From assembly GCA_904063045.1 (NCBI GenBank), contig CAJFCJ010000007.1, positions 4,567,867-4,620,838 of the forward strand: DNA of 52,972 nucleotides. The letters run 5' to 3'. A program made the translations under genes and the position numbers. The notes below the pieces were generated by a model. The model saw only the letters and a list, made by a program, of their open reading frames with translations. It searched no databases and was not told the origin of the DNA. Origin of the DNA: Dimorphilus gyrociliatus (Eukaryota; Animalia; Annelida). Below are positions 46,848 to 52,972 of this stretch, piece by piece (position 1 is the stretch's first letter; each line of letters opens with the position of its first letter).

Positions 46848-47639
46848 TATGGCAATTAATTTCAATAGTTTGCCATCACAACATTTAAATTTGAAATTTT
46901 TAAGAAAGGAAATGCTAATTGTACATGGTGATATCTCTAAAGCTTTGTTATGCAGAGACAAGACTAGGTGAGGCTTCATGGACTGATGTGAGTAATGTCA
47001 CTGCTATATAATTCAAAACATCTACAAAAGAAAAATTAAATTGTATATTCTATTTTGTTACAGATGATGTATAGCTGAAAACTGGTATTAATGAGTAGGT
47101 GTCTGATTTTTAATAAAATATATATTTTTTATGGTGTAGTACTGACTTCCGATGGGTACTGTATTATTTCACAAAAAAGTAACCATAGTACTAGTTTATT
47201 CTGTTGTAAAAGAGAGAGAGAGACTCTGCGTTTGAAATTTAAGTTAAATTTTAATGGTCAATACTTTATGAACACTTCAAAAGTTTTTATTAGAGACACA
47301 GGAATACATTCTATTTGTTCAGATAAGTTATTTAATATATTGAGAATAGTAAATGTTAGAAAAATTACAGTCTCTCAGTTCCTAGGCAAAAAGCAGTGAA
47401 GAAAGAAACAGGCATGAAATTTCATATTCTAATTTCCTTTACCTTTTTTATTGGTCTATTCGCCAATATACAAGGTATTTAAGAGTAGTTACCGACATAT
47501 TTGAATTTAATGATTTTCTTTTTTGTCTAATTTTATGTAAAATATCTTGCTATAATTGATAAATGATGAATTAGCTGCAAGATTATTCAAAATAATCTTT
47601 GAATTCAGATAGTCTTTTGTTCTTCCTCCAGTCAATCAA

Positions 47640-47960
47640 GTTATAATAGTACACAATTTAGAGTTTTGACAAACTTTTAACCCTGATTTGTCCAAAAGCT
47701 CTAATGCTGTCATCTGTCCTAATTTATATTCATTCCAGATATTGAATATTTTGTTCTGAATTATTAACAAGCATTTCTTTTGATACTTTTTCATTTTCCT
47801 CTTAGACACCAACTTTTGTTAAACTGGAACTAGAGTTGCTTCATGTTTAAAAGAGCCCTTAGAAGCTCTCTTTTTATTCGTTTTTCTATGCCATCCCTCT
47901 ACATCGTTGTTGGTATGAATAGCCAAACCAAAAACAGACCAGTTTTCTGAACAGTGTTCA
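47640..47960 (-). pseudogene. MULE transposase 3' remnant related to the 27-29 kb element
   Basis: NWSVFGLAIHTNNDVEGWH...KHEATLVPV*QKL...KYQKK...KIFNIWNEYKLGQMTALELL aligns with TWSVFDLAIRTNNDVEGFH...KIFETWDKFKNGQITALQII. Confidence 0.8.
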
Positions 47961-48234
47961 CTGCTAATATTAAGAAATAAGTAGAATTTTTCCATAAAAT
48001 TAGTTTTAGAAATAAAAAGATCAAAGATTACTAATTAATAAAATTGGAGGCAAGTTTTTCTCAATAGCTTAACTACTGAAATGTTCACACAAATAAATGG
48101 AGAGCACACTACAGGCATAACACTAGTATTGTGGTTTTTAAAAATACTCTAATGGTTAAAGTTATTTTTTTTATTCTAGTTCCATAATCTTGATGATAAT
48201 ATCTAAAGTCTCTGAAGCAGTTTGTGTTTTTTAA

Positions 48235-48756
48235 ACTGTAAGCAAGCTATCTGAATTGTCTTTACAAGTTTTGTCATTTAACTTTCAAAGGATAATGACA
48301 TACTGTATGGAAAATGAGGTTAATCTACCATTTGGAATTTGTCATCAAATTTTTCCATTTGTGAATAATTATTTACTTGGTTTAAATGAAGAACAATTAC
48401 TGTATTAGAAACAAATGCAATCACATTTCAACAGATTTTCTTTATATGGAAATTATCTTAATAATGGTGACAGTTTATCACTCCTCAAAAATCAATCAAT
48501 AGATTATTTGGAATTGAGAAGTTTTAAAGAACAACTATTAAGCCAATTGTTTAATTTCATGAATATTCAAGAAATTAGAACTCTAATTCTAACAGATTGT
48601 GAAGGAATCACGAGTGTAATTGAATTTTTTCCATCAATGCAACATCTGAAAGTTTTAAATGTCAACGGAACAAAATTAGATTAATCTGCTTTTGAAATTT
48701 TCTGCAAAAATGTATTTGTTAGGAAAACAAAGTTTTTCAATCAAATAGATTTTTGA
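48235..48756 (+). pseudogene. ZYG11/ZER1-like (BC-box plus LRR) N-terminal fragment with in-frame stops
   Basis: TVSKLSELSLQVL (BC-box-like)...LPFGICHQIF...*...FNRFSLYGNYLNNGDSLSLLKNQSIDYLEL...IRTLILTDC..LKVLNVNGT, one frame broken by TAG and TAA. The pattern resembles the ZER1/ZYG11 N-terminus (L..L...L...LP..IC..L). Confidence 0.5.
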
Positions 48757-48809
48757 ATTTTACTGCAGGATTACAAATTATAATTGGATATTTGTTCTTT
48801 ATATACTAC

Positions 48810-49070
48810 TCACAATTTATGAAATTTTGTCAAAACGCATATCTCTCTGCTGACATTTTTTAAATGCTCATTTTCCTTTAAATTTTTCACTTCTGATAAT
48901 TTGTTGTTGATATCAATTGGTTGTAGCTGATTATTTGATAATTGATAAAATCCCAGTATCTGTTTGTAGTTCACGGAAGAGAGCTCTGCAATGGTGTACA
49001 GACATAGAGACACACTAAGAGCCAGTGAAAAAATGATCAGAATATTTGAAAAATTTGGCACAAATGACAT
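48810..49070 (-). CDS. Possible first exon of a small secreted or membrane protein, unknown family
   Basis: MSFVPNFSNILIIFSLALSVSLCLYTIA is hydrophobic, and a GTGAG donor-like site lies at the ORF end. No domain recognised. Confidence 0.3.
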   Translation of the reverse strand: MSFVPNFSNILIIFSLALSVSLCLYTIAELSSVNYKQILGFYQLSNNQLQPIDINNKLSEVKNLKENEHLKNVSREICVLTKFHKL

Positions 49071-49269
49071 AAAATTTTAATTAAATTAAAAAACAGGATA
49101 CATTCAACATTAGTCATTTATGAAAGAGCACTTGCATCGTATCTATTATATCTTTTCTTCTCTCCATAGGAAATGTTGCAAGATTTTTTGTATCATTTTC
49201 CTTGTATACAAACATTCCAAAATTATTCAAAGATAAACATACACCTGAAAATTTTACAGCAGTTCATGG

Positions 49270-49560
49270 CACAAGGGCAATAACTGTTTCTAAAGTCGAA
49301 CTGCTTTTGTGAATTTCTAGCAAACATTGTTGATTCTGAAAGCGCCATGTACTGGGCACAGAGATCCATGAGTGAATGTTGTCATTGTTTAATTTGGTGG
49401 AAACTATGCAAATTAGATAATCGATGAACTATTTTCAAGATTGTTTGAACACTTTAATATCGGAATTGATTTGGTCAGAATAAACATAAATGATATTTCA
49501 CACATAAATTGATGTTCGCGCCTCTGAGTATTTTCAACATCTGACCATTCTCTCTTAAAC
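49270..49560 (-). pseudogene. Degenerate C-type-lectin-like fragments
   Basis: FKREWSDVENTQRREHQFMCEI (W.D......F.CE terminus) and LCPVHGAFRINNVC*KF...C (CTL start) with stops. Boundaries approximate. Confidence 0.3.
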
Positions 49561-50901
49561 TCTATAGAGATAGATTCACCTGTTAACTGAACAGAACATT
49601 AACTATAAGAATAATTAATTGCAAAGATTATGATCGAGAAGAGAAATTGTAATGAATTATCTTTATTTTTATGTTAAAAAGAAAAATTGAATTGCTTTTG
49701 TCAATCTATCTCCATTAAAAAATATTATACATTTACTCACACTTGCAGAATCAATCTTGAGTGATTCATTTATGGTAAATAGCTAAATACTTTGTTTATG
49801 TATTCTTTTTATTTATTATCCAATATAATATCATTCCAAATGTACCAGTTGTCGTTGCAGGAAAAAGGAAATTAATAATAATAATAATAACAGCAATAAC
49901 AAAATAGAGACCGACCAGAATATTTAGTAAGAGAATGTTATAAAGTCCTACAGATAAGTTTGCTTCCTTTTAGAAACAATATAGTTTTAAAAGTAAAATA
50001 TAATGAAAGTGATAAAATATATATTTCTTCAAAACAAAAACAATTTTGGTTGCACATTGACAGAAATCATGCATAACAAGTCACAAAATAACAGTAGCAG
50101 CATATTGTTTGTTCCTCTATGTGATTTTTCTTTTAATACAGGCGCAAATGGACAAGTTAAAAACTCTATTAGTGGAGAAAATGAACTGGAAGGACAAATT
50201 GAACAATCACAAAAGATAGAACTTGTCCATAATGTCACTTTATTAGTCATATTTTAATATAGTGAATTGTAAATCTTTTTAGTGCATGGACTTGACCAAG
50301 ACAATGGTCTATGATGGCCCACAATATGAGTCAGAGAATGCACTGTGAAAAGATTAAGAAATTTATATAAAATTGGAAGTTGAGCCTATTATTAAACATT
50401 GAAAAAAAAAAAAAAATAATCTTTTTTCGTACTGAAAAAGATTTTTAATATTTGGCCTTTTAAAATTCGAGGCGTTCCAATATTCCTGTCATTACTTTAT
50501 TGCCTTCTTTTTCAAAGCACACTTTACACCTTGTATCTTCTATTACAAAATGAAAATCATCCATTATATTTATTTATTAAATGACTCAATCGCTGAATAA
50601 TAATTATATAACACTAAAAATATCTAAAAGTGTTGTATATTCAGTATTGCTTTACCAATTTCAGAGCAACAATTGTATGAATCTGTCATTTCACATAAAA
50701 TTTGTTTATCATTAATCCCAAGGCTAGTAAGTTTGTTCTGAATATTAAATGCAGTGTAGCGATAATAAGTCATTGTTGCAAATGTCACAATGAATGAAAT
50801 ATTAACTTTTTTCTCATTTTTAAATAGTGTTTGACAACTGATTGTATTCATTTGGTCACATGACACAATAATAGAAATATAATAGTTGCAATATACCTGT
50901 T

Positions 50902-52843
50902 TTAAAAAGGCGAAATATAAAATAGTGCTATTGAAGTTAATTTATATTCAGAGATTTTGACTTGTTTCTACTGAAACAGTATCACCTTGTTTTAAATTTA
51001 ATAATCCTGCTCTGCTCATGCTTTCAAAACTTGATTTTGGTGTTACTCTTCTCAAAGCTAATTTTTGTTCATCATTTACCATAATAGATATTATTGACTG
51101 AGAGAATGGCCAAGTTCCAACTGATACATCAATATGATATAAACCATCAATTGCAACAGTATATGTATTATTTTCAAAACTCCAACCAAAATTTGTATCC
51201 AGCACAACTTTATCATAATTTATCTTTTTGTTTACAGTTGTCATTAAATGATTAGTTTTATCGGCATAAAATGCTGGACTTCTTGTAGTTGCATTAAATT
51301 TAAATCCTGAAAGAGAGGTATCAGTTTTGTCGGAATCTGGATCAGAGTATCCAGTAACTAATTTTAATGAAATTTTGTCATCTTGATTTAAATAAACAAT
51401 TATTCCTCTTGACACCTGAGAGTTATCAGAACTGAGATGACCTTTTGCAGTGGATCTTTCAAAAGATGTTGAGTCACCATTTATTGTTAAGCTTATTATA
51501 CAGTGTTTTGAACTTTGGAAGCCAGTTCCAAAATTAAGAAAATACCATCCTGCTGCTAGCATTGTTATTTGTGTTCTATACGGAGTGAGAAATGCACCTT
51601 TTAAGGTAATAATCCTGGAAAGTCGTAGTAAATTTCCTACCATATTATTATTTGAATGTTTCCTAACAAAAAAAGCATTATTTGTTTTATACATAAACCA
51701 GACCAAGAGTTTCTGAGCCATTTTCACTGCTAAAAACATAAGCTTGTTGACGTCGTGATACATATGGTTGATTTTAGTCGATAACCAATATAATCCAGAT
51801 TGACTAGTAGTGTCCTTGGTTTGCTGAAAAAACTTTAAGCTCCAAAGAACACTTTCTATTATCATTGAAAGCGGATAACTTTCTGCTTTGTTACCAGTTA
51901 ATGTAAAAAAATAAAAGCCACTTTTTGTTATATTCAATGAGTTTGTAACTTGATTAAATATTAATTTATGATTATGATTCACTTTATGCCAGAAAACTGT
52001 GCTTGAATTTAAGTAAGTTGATCTTGTCATAGATACCATAAATGCAGGATTTCTGTTTGAACTGCAATAAAGCTGAGGAAATATTTCTGTTTCAACTGAA
52101 TTTCCAGAACATCTATCTCCTCCATTTAAAGGTGTAGGCTTTGTACAAGTTCTTTTACGAGATTTTAAGCCATCCTCACAGCACGGATAGCATCCATACC
52201 ATGCAGACCAATCTGACCATCCTCCTAATATTTTACATTTAGCTTTTTCGGATTAGCACATGTTGCTATGGTGTAATAATAATTATTAAATGATATACTA
52301 AAAAAATAGCCCGGTGGACACTGATCAGGCCCAGCAACTTTATCATAACAATGATAATATTGCCTACAATCACTTTCATTTCTAAATGTTCCGTATTGAT
52401 TATTTTCACAATTGGAAGATTTCACATGGCAAGGTTTATTAAATGTTCTTACACCATTGGCTTCTGAACATTCATGGGTATCTGATTCAGTGGCATATGT
52501 AGAATTTATTTCTAAGCAATTATCACCCTTATTCGGTTTCTGGCACATGGAAAACTTAGATTCTTTAAACAAAATGGAATAAACCAGTCCAGGCGGACAC
52601 TGTCGAAAATGGCCAGTACCATTTCTACAATGATAATAATATCCACAATAAACTGGAATACGGAAGGTTCCATCAAGAGGTTTCAGTTCGGAGTTAAGAG
52701 GACAAGAAAATGGAGGGCATTTGCATTCAACAAATGACAACACTGTTAAAATGTTAAAATAGCATAAATGGTGTTTTTTTGTTCAGAAAAAACTAAACAA
52801 ACAATAAATACTTACACAATAAACTAAAAGTGAAAAGTTTCAT
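50902..52843 (-). CDS. Secreted protein: two chitin-binding (CBM14/peritrophin-A) domains, TSP1 and three tandem C1q domains; two apparent frameshifts
   Basis: Exon 1 52816-52843 plus intron 52743-52815 gives MKLFTFSLLLLSFVEC. CBM14 C..YYHC...CPPG..(Y/F)S...C twice. TSP1 GGWSDWSAW...RKRTCTKPTPLNGGDRCSG. C1q repeats starting PAFMV, NAFFV and PAFYA, the last with INYDKVVLD...GLYHI...LNLKQGDTVSV. Frame breaks at A5 (52244-52248) and near 50950. Confidence 0.8.
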
Positions 52844-52972
52844 GTTTCACCTTTAATGTTAAAATGAAAGAAAATTTTCCAATTTTATACTAATCCATGA
52901 GTTTTATCTAATTAATAAGAAATAGTAATCCTATCATTATCCATCAATCGATTGTGGATGTTGCATATTTTT

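Noticed and set aside
47091-47399. 102-aa plus-strand ORF
   Set aside because: Contains a GA microsatellite and no domain; likely chance in AT-rich DNA.
50003-50866. ORFs 50003-50257, 50029-50250 and 50624-50866
   Set aside because: No recognisable family. A HIVGHH segment resembles a metalloprotease zinc motif but lacks the catalytic Glu and context.
1-52972. tRNA, rRNA or other structured ncRNA genes
   Set aside because: None recognised by eye; an Infernal/tRNAscan run would be needed to exclude them.

Overview
AT-rich eukaryotic (animal, probably lophotrochozoan) genomic DNA with very short GT-AG introns (mostly 50-80 nt). The compact style would fit a miniaturised genome such as the annelid Dimorphilus gyrociliatus, but that is a guess. 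The window holds three paralogous giant class-A GPCR genes of the RXFP/LGR type C (GRL101-like) family: A (minus, 7517 to beyond the left edge), B (plus, 7750-~15006) and C (minus, 46847-~39487). Each has a signal peptide, degenerate SRCR-like modules, an unrecognised two-cysteine module, a C-type-lectin-like motif, LDLa repeats, LRRs and a 7TM domain. Main discovery: in B and C the ORF-track stop after TM7 lies inside an intron, and an identically sized and phased 44-nt mini-exon splices the receptor tail onto a protein-kinase-like C-lobe, giving a predicted 7TM-(pseudo)kinase fusion. A and B are head-to-head and share a 984-bp, 99.5%-identical inverted block (LDLa-LDLa-LRR-hinge) between strongly diverged flanks, which points to recent gene conversion and bounds a potentially invertible 10.6-kb segment. 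Other content: an intronless RING/B-box/coiled-coil/RI-type-LRR gene, a chitin-binding/TSP1/triple-C1q gene, two PAN/Apple-like genes, a Calx-beta + ITIH-C-terminal-like gene and a ZYG11/ZER1-like pseudogene. Mobile elements: a decayed Bel/Pao LTR retrotransposon whose LTRs differ almost only at CpG sites, a PHD-FLYWCH-MULE DNA transposon nested in its 3' UTR, a Tc1 element, a MITE and several remnants. Splice models and counts were done by eye; no database searches were run.
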